Source of the DNA: Utricularia gibba | Taxonomy: Eukaryota; Plantae; Magnoliophyta | Direction: 5' to 3' | Assembly (NCBI GenBank): GCA_002189035.1 | Contig: CM007989.1 | Span: forward strand, 2,232,001 to 2,296,000 | DNA length: 64,000 bases | Position numbers and translations under genes: made by a program | The notes under the pieces: generated by a model | Told to the model about the DNA's origin: nothing | Databases searched by the model: none | Seen by the model: the letters and a program-made list of their open reading frames with translations, nothing else | In this document: in pieces, positions 1-13,279 of the stretch | Layout of the letters: the number at the start of each line of letters is the position of its first letter | Position numbering within the stretch: the first letter of the stretch is position 1

Positions 1-176
1 CTTCCATTCTAAATCATGTGACAAAAATTCACAAACTATGATTCTCATCAATGCTCTGCATTCCGATAATAGATCCCAACCAAAAAACAAAGCTAGCAAA
101 CACGAATCAAGTAAAGCCTCGGCCGCAGAAAACCGAGATCAGAGTTCACAAGATACAACATTTGCGGTAAACGTAC

Positions 177-555
177 CTTGCAAGGCCAATTCTCGCGATA
201 GAAATGGCAGACAACGCGTTCACTTGCTTTAACAACGGAAAAAAACTCCTTCTCATTTGGGATCTCGGAGTACTCGCCGTGACCAAGGGCTAACCAACGG
301 TTCCTTTTCTCCGCCATTTTCTTCATCTGCTGCAACCTCCGCTCCTTCAACGCCTCCAAGTCATCTATATCCAGCCGATCCAACGCCGCTATCTCCTCAT
401 CGATCTTATCCTCCACAGCCTTCGCTACTGCCACAACTTGCCTCTCCAAAATCTGCAATAAAACCATACCCAATCGATTCCAATAAAACCTCGAGATCCG
501 AAGCATCAGCATTCATCTCGAATCTGCATACCTCTTTCACCGCGGCGTTCTCCAT
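177..555 (-). CDS. PLP3: Phosducin-like / thioredoxin domain-containing protein 9 (PLP3), 5' part; gene continues off the left edge
   Basis: Exon 1 555-532 (MENAAVKE, GT at 531) and exon 2 452-177 (ILERQVVAVAKAVEDKIDEEIAALD...VVCHFYRENWPCK, GT at 176) match the plant PLP3/TXNDC9 N-terminus. Site II motifs (GGCCCA/TGGGC) lie upstream at about 640-705. Confidence 0.9.
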
Positions 556-2473
556 CTCTGAACTGAATTCGTCGATTCAGAGACAAGGTGCTGAAGCACT
601 CATTTCACAAACGTAAAGCCAAACAAAGAACCGCAACCAAGGCCCAATAGTGTACGTATTGGGCTTTTATGTACAACCATGAACGGCGTGCTGGATATGG
701 GCCAAACAGTTCAAACATAAAGAGCGCCGTTCAATTCGACCTTCCTGATGTGGGGGGGAATCAAAGAATCTTCATTATGTTCCCTTTATGCCCCCGTGTG
801 GATAAAAGGCTGCCGACAAGGTATTAATTAATCCTGATTTAATACAACATTCAATTAATAAATGGAAAAATTGTTCCCAAAAGATGATCGAGTCATACCA
901 TTCCAAATTTTCCGTATATTATTTAAAATAATTTTAGGATTGGAAAACCCAGAAACGGTATGAATCGGATCAAAGGTAAGGTTTTAAATTTTTCCCAAAG
1001 GGGATTAGTTCCATTTATTATGAAATAAAATAATTTCAATTATAATTTGAGTTTTTTAGTCCACTATACCAGTGTTTATTAATACTATGATCATTGTTTA
1101 TAAAAACATTTCACGATTTTTACCAAATGTCAAAACTCACGTTTATGATATTCGCTCAACCACTGAAGTCTTATGATTTTAGGTTTTACTTTTTTTAAAG
1201 AAGAAATATCATATAAAATTAAGAATATCAATCTATTTAAGCATTTCCATTATAATGTTCTTGATATGAAATAGTTAATACATATTTCATTTTTTAAACA
1301 CCCTTCATTTCATGAGTTTTTACCTGAAAATGTTATGGATGCAACACTTTGGATTCTTATCGACTGAATTTGGAATATTGATTAAGAGGTGTGTGTGGGA
1401 AATTGAAGATGTAAAAATGAATGCAATTATTAGAGTTGTTAGTCAAAAAGATGCTTGAAAAGGAAGGAACTTTGGTGCATGTGTCCTTACCCTGTGTGGT
1501 GCTGCCCGCCTGGTCCCTCATCAATTAATTGCCATAGAATTTCTTACCATGGGAGTAAATGAAATGGTGAAATTCTACCCTGAAATTATTCTGCCTCTCG
1601 ATATTCTCTTTTTCCTGGGATCAACGCAAACCCCTGCTTTATCTCTGGGAAGAGGACGCAATTATGAACCCTAATCTTGATTAATTAGCACTGGTTAAAG
1701 TGTTTAGTGGGAGCGTTAATTGCCCAGATCACTCCAAGTGGCAAAAGGGTAATTGTCCACATCCGTGGCTGTCCACGTCATTACCGGCTAAATGAAATGG
1801 GTGTTTTTTTTTAAATTGAATTGTGTAAAAAAGAAAAAGAAAAAAAAACATTGACTTTGGGTGGGTCAATTATGAAATTCCTGGCTGCGCGGTGGTACAG
1901 TGAAAAGTGAAGTTACCGGTCCATGACACAGAGCGGCCGGAAGGAATTTTGTTGATGGAGGCGGAGGCGGAGGCGCATCATTTTGTTTTTTTTGGGGTTA
2001 AGGTTAAAATGGACTGGATGCGTGTGGAGCCCACTCGCCACCACCTTTCACATCAGAGTTTCCCGGCAAGATCAGGAAAGCAGCGAGCACTGATGCACAC
2101 TATCTCATAGTTTCCCTCACACTCCCCACCAGTCACTTTCGCTCCTTCCTACCTCCTCTCTATATCTCTCCCCGAATTCATTTCTTCTTCCTTGGTTATC
2201 GTTTTTCTCACATTCCACTGTTTTTTACAGGCTAAATTCGCCCTACGCCTAAAGATTTTTCTTTCTTCTGGGTTCCCAACTCGTTCATGTGCGAGTTCTG
2301 TAACGAAGAAAGCAAATTGCCGGTGGATGCATTTATTTTCAGAAGCGGGCTAACTGCGTGATTCTTCCTTCTGCTGATATTTTTCTACATTAGGCTTTTC
2401 GTGTCTAGTGAAATAGCCTTGCCTGCATACCTACACTCTCCGCCTTATTCGGTTTTGAGTTGCGGCCGGTTTG

Positions 2474-4170
2474 ATGGAGAGAAAACATGGTGGGTTTTTC
2501 TCGGCGCTAAAAGATGAAGTAGTTCGCGGTTTATCTCCATCACGGACACGCTCCAAGAGTCCGGGTCGAAGCGTGCCTACCATGACGAGTATGCTTCGTC
2601 GGAAAAAAGTTGGGACGGCAGAGCCGCTGGTCTCGAGATGGGGGAGCATGAGGCCCGTTGGAGAGGCGCTGACGCCCTTGATTGAAGGTCCAGATCCCGA
2701 TGCAGAGGGGATCGGGGAGTCGAAGCGGGTCGGGCCAGCCATCGGTCAGTGGGTCAGAGACCAGCTGACACGATACCCGGTTAAGGACAACGGGCTTGGG
2801 ACCAAAAGGGCTGACCTGAGAATGCTGCTCGGAGTCATGGGTGCGCCGCTCGCTCCGCTCAGCGTCACAACATCAGAGCCTTGGCGTCATCTGAGCATAA
2901 AGAACACTCCCATTGTGCGTATTGATATGCCTAGGCTTCCTTTTTCCCCCTTTTGCGATTTTCTGTGGATTCTGCTTAATGATGAAGCCATGGTAGGTGA
3001 GCCTGATAGTAGTAGGGTGCGCAAAAGTAAAAAGAGGCAGTGCTTTTCTAGTGATTGTTCGCTTTACTATCCACGTACACCATGGTTGGATGAGAATCTT
3101 GCAGTTTCTGCCTTCCACCGAGCAAAAATATTTGCTGTGTTCCATTCATTCTGCTGATTGCTCTTCTCTGTTTTCCATGTGACACCGTAGGAAAGCTCCT
3201 CTGCCCAGTATATACTGCAGCAGTATACCGCAGCATCCGGGGTCCGAACGTTCAAATCTCTGTAAAGAATGCGTATGCCATGGGAAAGTTGAAGATGGTT
3301 ACTTCGGAATTCGAATCTGCAACAAAAGTGGTGAAACACAGAAACACTGCTAGATTTTCTGAGTCTGGAGGATTTGTCCTGTGGCAGATGAATCCTGATA
3401 TGTGGTATGTAGAGCTCGCAGTCGGAGGAAGCAAAGCTCACGCTGGCTGCAACGGCAAGATAATGTGGCGTCACACTCCATGGCTAGGCGCGCACACTGC
3501 AAAGGGCCCGGTTAGGCCGCTCCGTCGAGCTCTTCAGGTTGGTACGAGTTCCATTCCGGCATGCTTATTACAGTTTGTGTTTTAGTTTCCTCAAGATATC
3601 TTCTGATGTAAAACGGGAAAACAGGGTCTTGATCCGAGAACTACAGCTACTATTTTTGCTGATGCGATTTGCATCGGGGAGAAAAGTGTGAATGGTGAAG
3701 ATTGTTTCATTTTAAAACTTGCTGCCGATGCTCAGACACTGAAGGCTCGGAGTGAAGGTCCATCTGAGATTATCAGGCATGTGATGTTTGGTCACTTTAG
3801 CCAAAAAACAGGGCTACTTGTTCACATCGAGGATTCACATCTCACCCGAATCCAATCCAATGGCGGTGGAGATGCCGTCTACTGGGAGACCACTATCAGC
3901 TCCTTTCTAGATGATTATCGCCCCGTCGACGGAATCATGATCGCTCACTCCGGGCGATCGGTGGCTACCCTGTTCCGCTTCGGAGAAACGGCATTGAGTC
4001 ACACCAAAACCAGGATGGAAGAAGCCTGGACTATTGAAGAAGTTGCTTTCAACATCCCTGGCTTATCAGTGGACTGTTTTATCCCACCAGCAGACCTCAG
4101 AACAGGCTCTGAAAGTGAAGCTTGTGAAACCTCCCACGATGAGGAAGGAACTCGACGACAAGTCGGGTAA
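2474..4170 (+). CDS. DUF620 family plant protein (3 exons; apparent 1-nt frameshift at 3239-3242)
   Basis: Exons 2474-2914, 3191-3537, 3625-4170. Family motifs include FFSALKDEVVRGLSP, DLRMLLGVMGAPLAP, KNTPI-ESSSAQYILQQY, WRHTPWLGAHTAKGPVRPLRRALQ and WTIEEVAFNIPGLSVDCFIPP. Exon 2 needs one extra G to join the AYAMGK frame. Confidence 0.88.
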
Positions 4171-6552
4171 CAGCCACCTTGTTGTATCGAAGTCCCCAAG
4201 CTGACCAACACCTTAGATGTAGCGCATTAGCCTTAAGTTTCTGAGGGGAAAATAAAGGGAAGAAGTTTTTATTATTACCTTGTGGGTTTCTTAATTTTTT
4301 GCCTCTGGCAAAACCTCAGAGAAGCTTTAATGGAGAAGAACATGGTTCATCAGTATGGTCCCGCAATACACCTGAAAGATCATCGTTTTTACCACACTCT
4401 CTTTCATGGGGAAGTGGCGGTAAAAAAAAAAAAAAGAAAAAGAAAACCATAGTCAAAATCAGTAAGCCTTCGATTAGAAACCGCTTTTTTTTTTTTTTTA
4501 CAGCAACTGGTCTACACCTCTCCAGCTTTGGCGGTCGCAGGAAGAAGACTGCTGATGAGTTGGAATTGCCGATCAGTGTAAGCATGAAAAATGAAATCTT
4601 TCTTTTTCCTGTGAATTTTTTTATGCATTTAAACATGTGCTGGTTTTGTAATTTCGTATGAACACAGGCGACGACTGAAGAAGTGTGGGACGCTTGTTCG
4701 GTTGTTGCAGAAGCAATGCACATGGCGAAGGTCAAAGCTGCCGCACTTGGCTATTCTTCATGTCCCCATTTCGGCTCAATGTAAACGAAGGCAATAAATT
4801 GAATAATCCATTTGTTTTAAATGGAATAGAACCGCATCGGAATGTAGAATTTGCAGTGCCCAACAGTGTCGTGTAATAAACAGCAGCGGTCCACACTGTA
4901 ATCCTTCTGCTGCTTCATGGACTATTCATCCAGGTGGCGTCGACCTTTTCAAGCTCCCTTTACTGCGCGCTCTGAAATCGCTACAGCTTGATGTAGCAGC
5001 AAAAAAGCTCCTCGTGGCGTCCCGTTCGCCTGCACGTTGCAGGTCACGAATTCATTCATTCATTTATGCATCTAGTTACACACTTGAAGGTGATAGGGAA
5101 AGGGGTTTCCTTGATGCCCCGCTTTCGCTTTACGCCCGCCGTTCCGATCGACAACATGAACGAAAGATGGTTGTATAGTGAGGGTGATGTGAGTACAGGA
5201 TGCTGGCTGAGATGGGAACCATGGGACGTGGGAATTGGTTGACTGAAAGAGATGACGATGCGGATGTGCGCGAGGCAAATGGGGGGAAAAAGAGATGATA
5301 GATGATGCACGGGGAGCGGTTGGGATCAGCGATCTGAAAGTTACCAACCCGAACCGTCGGCAGTGGTACCCGTTTGCCGATTGATCGGTAGAAACGACCG
5401 CCGGTAACCCAAAATCCCATTTATACAGAACAGAATGCATCTCGCCGGCTGAGGTGAGAGTTTGTCGGCCGGAAAGAGTGTGTTGGGCGAGAAGGCTGAT
5501 GGAGTGTTTTTTTTTTTATTATTATTAAATAAATAAATGTTATTAATATAATTAATTTTTATTTCAAAACAATTCAATAATCTAAAAACATTTAAAAAAT
5601 TATACAATCTCAATTTCCATTTTATGAAAAATAAATTTTTCGAAAAAACTATGATAAATAGAACCCTAATTTCCAAGGAGACCTTGAGGTGTGCCTGTGA
5701 TCAGGATTTTTTAGAGCTTGGTAAGGGGTTTAAAGTTAGAGTAAATTACTTTTTATTAATTATTTATTATTAACTAATATTTAATAATATCATCTTTAAA
5801 TATTTCAACTATCAAACAGCTTGTTAGATTTGGATCCAACATTACTCAATAATGTTTTTTTTTAAATATAAAAACAATCTTATTCGACAGATGGCACAAT
5901 ATTTATAATAGTTGATAAATCAAGTAAAGTGACAAGTTGTTATGGTGGTCCTAATGAAGAGAAACACATACTCATCACCATCACCCCATCTTGTTCCCAT
6001 ATGAATTTTCTAACTAGGAGTACACATTAGTCATCTCATGATTCCATCAACTCCCATAGAAAAGGATATGATGGTGCTGCGTTGATGCTAATGTGGACCA
6101 ACCATTTCCATTTCACCATCATACCTTTTCACATTTTGTATTGATTGGAAACATGGGCTAGTTTGAGATGCTTTTCTTAAGCAGCCACCAAGGAATTGAC
6201 ATCATTTTAACCTAACAGCTCTGTTGATTCTTCATCTTTTGATCCCTACATTCAACAATGCCAGCTTTCACTTCTCTTTGTTTCCAGGTTATTAATCAAT
6301 ATTCACATTCCTGAGGATGGAAAGCGTTCGACTTCCCCACTTCTACTCGGAAGTCACATGCTATCAAGCTCAGGGATTGAACAATTTTCTTAACATGATA
6401 ATGGCGACTTATGAAACATTACAGAAACCAGAACCAGCAGCGTTTGAAACAAGCTTGGAAAAAGAGACATGTATATATAATCTGCTAAGAGCAACCCGAA
6501 ATGGGGAAAATTTCTAGCCATAATTCTTCATACTCTGAGAACCATGCATGTT

Positions 6553-6930
6553 TCACCGGTACTGCCAGAGCAGTAAAGAGGTCGTATGTATGTAACATGA
6601 TAAACGGAAACAAAGTGACAGAGAGATCAATAGCGGGAGTGGTTGCAGATACCTTGATGAAGCCGATTTCCTTGGCGTTGCTACGGAAGCATTGCCTGCA
6701 GCACATTAAGCCGTACTTTCGGATGATCCCATGCGGATTTCCACAAACACGGCTGCATTTACAAGATTTATTCAAGTCAAAAGGCACGAAATCAGAACCC
6801 ATGAAAGAACTATGTATCCAAAAATAAAAAAGGATCCCAGCTTGGAAACAGCGATCGACTCAAGATACCATGTTCGCGAACCAGGCCCGTAAGTTTTAGG
6901 ATGAGCATTCCAGATGTTTGAGTGTCCCAT
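6553..6930 (-). CDS. RPS29: 40S ribosomal protein S29 (uS14), 56 aa
   Basis: Exons 6930-6869, 6752-6653 and 6561-6553 splice to [56 protein letters not shown]. All junctions are GT-AG. Confidence 0.97.
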
Positions 6931-6998
6931 CTTCAGATTTTTACCACCAACTGTGGCCCGCCGCCGGTTACCTCCACTCCAAGAATTTCAAATGGTCG

Positions 6999-7049
6999 AA
7001 ACCCTAACGCCCTAAAGGCAACTTGGGGTTAGAGAATTGGGCGTGGGCC
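6999..7049. promoter_or_regulatory. Telo-box plus site II elements in the RPS29/RlmN-like divergent promoter
   Basis: AAACCCTAA at 6999-7007 and TGGGCG/TGGGCC at 7038-7049. This is the established cis-element pair of plant ribosomal-protein and translation genes. Confidence 0.7.
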
Positions 7050-7147
7050 GAGACCTGACGAAAATGGGGGCATATGAAGCCCGGCCCGTTAATAGAAAGA
7101 ATAATATCACATGCTAGCAAAAAGAGAGGCGAGATATCTACACGGCT

Positions 7148-8981
7148 ATGGGATACAAATCGGTGTTCGACGCCTCCGCCATTAAAGCTGATTTCGAGCT
7201 CGCCGGAGTGAACCCTAGATTCATCCCTATCGTATGGAAGCATGTCTTGAATAATACGAATTGCCATTGGGATGACATCCCGTCTCTGCCGTCTGCTGCG
7301 TATGCCGTCCTCAGTTCGCGGTATAAACCCTGCACCTCCATCGTTCGTTCCTCCATTGATTCATCTGACGCAGTTACCACCAAACTCCTTATCGAACTCC
7401 AGGTAACTGGAATTAATCGCTAGTTTTGTCTGCAACGGAGTTTCTGCATCATGAAAAATCGTAGTTAGGGATTGTAGAATTCATTTTTGATTGTCTGAAT
7501 TTCCTCTTGTTTCTTTGTTCATTTTCCAGAATGGAGAGTCTGTGGAGGCTGTGATTATGAGATACGATACACGTCTTGGTAAATACAATGGAAAACCACG
7601 CCCTGGAGGTCCTAGATCCACCTTGTGCATCTCCTCTCAGGTTTTTTGCAATACAAAACTTCTGAGAACCTTTTTCTTCCTCCCGTTTATTATTTAGTAG
7701 TGATTTCGATTGTCATTCAGGTTGGGTGCAAAATGGGGTGCAATTTTTGTGCCACGGGAACCATGGGGTTCAAGGGAAATCTTTCATCAGGAGAAGTTGT
7801 GGAACAGTTAGTGCATGCTTCTCGCCTATCAGCTATACGCAATGTCGTTTTTATGGTATTGCAGAATGTGTGGATTACAATGAGAACCAATGAATAAGTG
7901 TCCAGGGCTTCATTACTGTAATTGAACCACTGAATCCTTTGGTTTATTGGGTTTATGAATTGTGTTTTTTTTCGTAACAAGGGCATGGGCGAGCCACTCA
8001 ACAATTATTCTGCGGTTGTTGAGGCAATAAGAGTCATGACAGCGCCCCCATTTCAACTTTCACCAAGCAAGATTACTATATCAACGGTATATTGCACGCT
8101 TATTTCATCCTACGCATCTGTCTTTTATTTGGATTTGTTCATTTGGATTTGCATAATGTTGCATGAAATATTTTGTGGAGTGGTTGGAAATATAATTTTC
8201 TGCCGTGAATCATCGAATCTTATCGCAGAGCGAGCCCTATGTTTGATTTCATGCGTTCATGTAGCTGAAACTCATGATCTGACATTCATGGAAAATGGGC
8301 AGGTTGGGATTATCCATGCTATCAGCAAGCTGCAGAAAGACCTTCCGAGCTTGAACTTAGCAGTGTCTTTGCATGCACCGGTGCAAGATATTCGGTGCCA
8401 GATAATGCCTGCTGCCCGAGCATTTCCTCTGGAAAGACTAATGAGGACGTTGAAAGAGTACCAGACATCCAGGTTGTATTTCCGTGAACAATCTATTAAG
8501 CTCAACTTTTATCTGTCTTTCATATGGTTAGTGAATCTGGCTTGCTTCTTAAACAGCCAGAAGAAAATATTCATTGAGTACATAATGCTCGACAAAGTGA
8601 ACGATGGAGAGCCGCATGCCCACCAGCTCGGCAAGCTGCTGGAGAATTTCCAAGTGGTATGCTTTTCAACTAAACAAACAATGTCCTCTTCTTACATCAA
8701 ATCAACACTTCCGATTACATAATCTAGTCCTGCCCCAGGTGGTGAACTTGATCCCTTTCAATCCAATCAATTCCCCAAGCATCTACAAAACCAGCAACCA
8801 CCAGAATGTCCATCGATTCCAACTCATTCTTCGAGGCACATACAATATACGAACAACCATACGCAAGCAAATGGGCCAAGACATCAGCGGGGCTTGTGGT
8901 CAGCTGGTCCTAAGTAAGAATCTACTCCTTTCTAGAGAAGATGATCCTCATGTAACTGACATTGAGGATATTCGTACTTGA
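7148..8981 (+). CDS. Radical SAM RNA methyltransferase, RlmN/Cfr-like (multi-exon)
   Basis: [15 protein letters not shown] radical-SAM CxxxCxxC motif, [41 protein letters not shown] and C-terminal [11 protein letters not shown] with the catalytic Cys. These are spread over about 7 exons. Confidence 0.92.
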
Positions 8982-10528
8982 ATGCAAACTGTAAGTGTTT
9001 CCCTGTGGAAGTAGCCTGGATTTTTGTGCAGCTTACTTTGCATAAGCGCAGCCTGCTGTAGACAAGAAGACATAATGATAGGCTTTTGGCAACAAGGACC
9101 GCTTGAGGCTGTCTTGGCCTACAAGCGGACATGGTTTCAGTACTGGGATCTGAGTAGCCATGTTCATCGTTTTTGGATTTCCCTTCTTCATAGGGCCTTC
9201 AGATTTCAGTGTACTTCTACCAGCATGTGACCACCCCCACCCTCCATTCATTGGCTACTGATCATATGCCTTATCTGTTTTTTTTTTCTTTTAGGGCAAT
9301 TACTAATTTCGAAATAAAATAGAATTTTAAATTTAGAATGAAAATTATCAAATGTCTTTGCACTAGATCCCAGCTCAATGAAATAATTTCCTGTCTCACA
9401 ACAGCCCTTATTTTCAAAGTATTATTTATATATTAAATTTATAGGTGGAAATTATTTCAATAAATTTGATAGTTGAGTTCCAGCTGTGTGGTGTTTACTG
9501 CAGTAGCGGCTGATTAGGTTCTTGATGTGGAGCATTTTTGTTTGAAGCAACTTGTCTACATTCAATGGTACGGATGGAATTGGCAGAGCTTTTCATTGTG
9601 GCAGCCTATTCCTTTATCCAAGTCACTATTATTATTATTATCATCATCATTATTAATAATAAAATGGGTAAAAATAATCACCCAAAAATCAAATTTCTCT
9701 AATCACCCACCCACGTGATGACCAACACTCCGACCGGACGTCTTTAAGGATTCAAAAATGAAATTTAATTTAAAAATATGCAGTTTAAAGGTGGGTGGGT
9801 GTCCATGCACGCAACAAACACCATCCAAAAACCCCGGCTGGCGCTGGGGCTGCCCGCTGCCTACTCCTTAAATGCCGACGCTGCACGCTGCCCCCACCGC
9901 GACCGGTCAATCCCGAATCCCCAAAATCCTGCCCTCCCGCCTCACCTCCCCGCTCCCTAGATGATTACCACGACGTACACAAAGATTAATATCCATATTT
10001 TTCCGAATAAAAAGGAAAATGCAGTCCATTTCGGCACTTCAAATTAATCCATATTGAGTATTATGTTATATCTAATCATTATATCTAATAAATCAATGTT
10101 TTAAAAATGGATTTCGTTTTGGGTTTAATCATTTTTATAATAATTTGAATTGAGTTCTTGAATTTTGAATTATTTTTATTATAAGTAAATAATTATATGA
10201 ATCCTATATTTTTAATGTTATATAAAATTATTGAATATAACCTAAAGAATTATTTTTTTAAAAAATATTATAAACTAAAATAAATTATATACCAAAAAAG
10301 TGTATATTTTCACCTAAACACGCAACACACCATGAGTGCGTGGGATGGATGAGAGAAGCTGCCAAAAAGAAAAAAAAAAAACCACAAGTCATTATGTGCT
10401 GCTCTCCCCATAAACGAGCATGCTTTCCAGTTTCCAACCAATAGTCTCTTGCTCTTCTTGCCCTTCCCCTCTTCCGCCGTAGATGCCATTCTCTCACCTG
10501 TGTTTCTGATTCACTGCCTTCCTCCGCC

Positions 10529-11926
10529 ATGTCCGCCGCCGTCGGAGCGAATCTCTTGTGCGATGAGAGTTTTGCGGAAACAGGCGACGTCGGCAGATCT
10601 GACGGCGATGCTGCCTTCTGTCCACCGGACTACTCTTACTCGGCGGATGATGACGAATCTTGCTTCATTGGCCGGATGCTGGACTCCGAACACAGTCATT
10701 TGCCTCCGGCGGATTACTTCAATCTGTCCCCTAATCGCTCAGTCTTTCTCGCGAATCGTCAGGATTCTATCAACGCAATCCTGAAGGTGTGTAGTGTATG
10801 TAGTGTGTACGCTTCTTAGATTCGGGAAAATGAATGCAAATTATATTAATTCGTCGGCAATCTCAGGTGTGCGGACATTTCGGTTTCAAACCGGCGACGG
10901 CTTTCCTCTCCGTCAACTACTTCGACCGTTTTCTCTCAAGTCATACTCTCCCTGTAATTCTCTAATTCCTTCCCTTGCATTTGACGTCTGATTGTTCAGA
11001 TGTCCGTTGAGGAATTGAAATGAATTGTAAATGAATTCCGAAATCAGGAGTCTGGATGGCTGTTTCATCTTCTCTCGGTTGCGTGTTTGTCGCTGGCGGC
11101 GAAAATGGAAGAAGTGTACGTACCGGTGTTGCTGGATTTGCAGATGTTTGAATCTAGCTACGTTTTTGAGCCCGTAACGGTGCAGAGAATGGAGCTTCTG
11201 GTAATGTCGACTCTCAAATGGAGATTACGTTCGGTGACTCCTTTTGATTATCTTCATTACTTTGTCTGCTTTTTCGGATCGAAAACCGATTCGCTCGCTA
11301 GACTTCATTTGCTAGCCTCCGAGATCGTTCTCCGGACCATTCGTGGTAAGCATGAATCAAAAGTTCTGCAATATCGAATTCGAGTCTCATCGTTCTTTCT
11401 TTCTTTCCTCAGTCGTGGACTTCATGGGTATTCCACCATCGGCGATCGCCGCCGCAGCGGTGATTTCCGTTTCTGGCGACGAAAAAATCGAGTGTATGTC
11501 GGGCATCGATGAAAGAATAGACAGGGTTAGTGAGTTCTACTCTGTTGGTACCGGAACTGGAAGCTTAATGGGGTTAAAATGCAAATCCGGTGGGGAGGGT
11601 CGGGGTACATCCTCTAAACTCTGAAATCATTGGGGTCGGAAATCTGATTTTGTGGTTTTTATGGGATGTAGGAGCTGGTGAGCAGCTGTCATCAACTAAT
11701 ACAGGAATACCTGTTGGACACGTGTCCGTTTCGGGGTTTGAAATCAACTTTTATCGAGCCTCCCGCGCCGCCGAGTCCCGTCGGGGTTCTCGATGCGGCC
11801 GATTGTGCCAGTTGCTCCACCCAGACCGAAAACCTAGCCACGGTGTCGGGTTCGGGCTCCGAGGCAGCGGAGCCGGAAAACAAGCGGCGGAGACTCTCTG
11901 CACCGGAAGATGTACAGCAACCTTAG
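10529..11926 (+). CDS. CYCD: D-type cyclin
   Basis: N-terminal LxCxE RBR-binding motif (LLCDE); cyclin box AFLSVNYFDRFL, LLSVACLSLAAKMEE, QRMELLVMSTLKWRL; PEST-like tail ending NKRRRL. I did not assign a subclass. Confidence 0.93.
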
Positions 11927-13279
11927 TGGCTGAAACCCAAAACCCATATTCAATTATCAAAGACCAGAAGGTATCACGTGAAAGGGCGCCCGATTTTTTT
12001 GTCTTTTAATCTGAATAATATCATTATTAATTCATTTTAACGGAACGTGCCTAATTTTTTTATGGCATATATGTGATGCATTAAATTCATGAACATGTCA
12101 CTATTTTTGCCCTTTGTATGTCACTTTTAATGCCATTACCTTGAATTACAATGATAGCACCATACCTGTTACATTATTTTAATTAGTCGATTCCTTCATA
12201 TAAATGTGGGATTTAATCTTGGATACATTATTTCTGTAGTATATGTAGCTAGCGTTGGCCGTCCCAAACGTGAACATTACACTTTACAGTTCACCCAGAC
12301 AGAATGCGGCCAAGGTCAACGAAAATTTGAGTAGTTTGGGTTACAAATTGACATAGTTTGTGGGGCTAAATGTGAATTTAGTCGTTTTTAAAGTGCTATA
12401 TTTTGTCCCCCAGATCCCTACAGCCAATTTAGAATTGCTGTGATGTGATAATGAGAGGGATTAATTAATTCATTTGTGCAATTTGTCATAACATGATTTG
12501 TTCATATTATTATATTCAATTCACATGCATGCTTTCGTGCACATGATTCCCCACTGAATCATAAATTCTTCAATACTAGACATGTGTTGCGGTTATTTTT
12601 CACAAGAAATTTCTATCGTATTTTTGAATTGTTTGGTTTGTAGTGATTTCCAAATTTCATTTCTTCATTCATTAAATGCTCTAAAATATTCTGTAGGATA
12701 AATTTCAATTAAAATTTGTAATTAGGTTATGTATATTTAACTATTTTATTTTTAAAATAATAAATAATAAAAAATTACATTTGGGGAGTATGTTATTTGC
12801 ATGTAATGTCACTACTGATCACATGTGTCTGGATGCGATAGTTTACTACTTAGTTGACCCGGCGGCGGCTGGGGTGTCGTTGTCGCTGCCCCATTTGAGT
12901 AGGCATTCTTTCGGGGAATCCGGAAATTTCAGGAGAACGGTCACCCGGGCAATCTGTAAAGTCAGTAAGCATTTACTTAAAATACAAGAATTACCGCGAC
13001 TGATCGGTTTCCTGTGTTTCTTTGCTTTGACTTGTGGGAATTCACAACCATGAGGAAATTACCAAACTGATTTAACTTTTTAACATGTAGGTTGCAACAA
13101 GTATGGTTTGTTTTGACATTCTATTTCATTGGATGAATGGATACACCATGTGACTAAGAGAAGTAACCTATATGGTGAACAGTAGTCACTAAGGGAGGTC
13201 AAGTGTGGATCTGCAGGTAGCAAAGTGGAGACTTGTTTGATGGGACTGATGGTGGGGATGGGGTTTACGAGCTGTAGCT

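Noticed and set aside
4141-4250. Possible further frameshift extending the DUF620 C-terminus
   Set aside because: The alternative-frame similarity to family C-termini is too weak to support without an alignment.
4316-4385. C/D snoRNA-like boxes (ATGATC, CTGA, TGATGA, CTGA) on the minus strand
   Set aside because: The C box is imperfect, there is no terminal stem, and I could not match the guides to rRNA.
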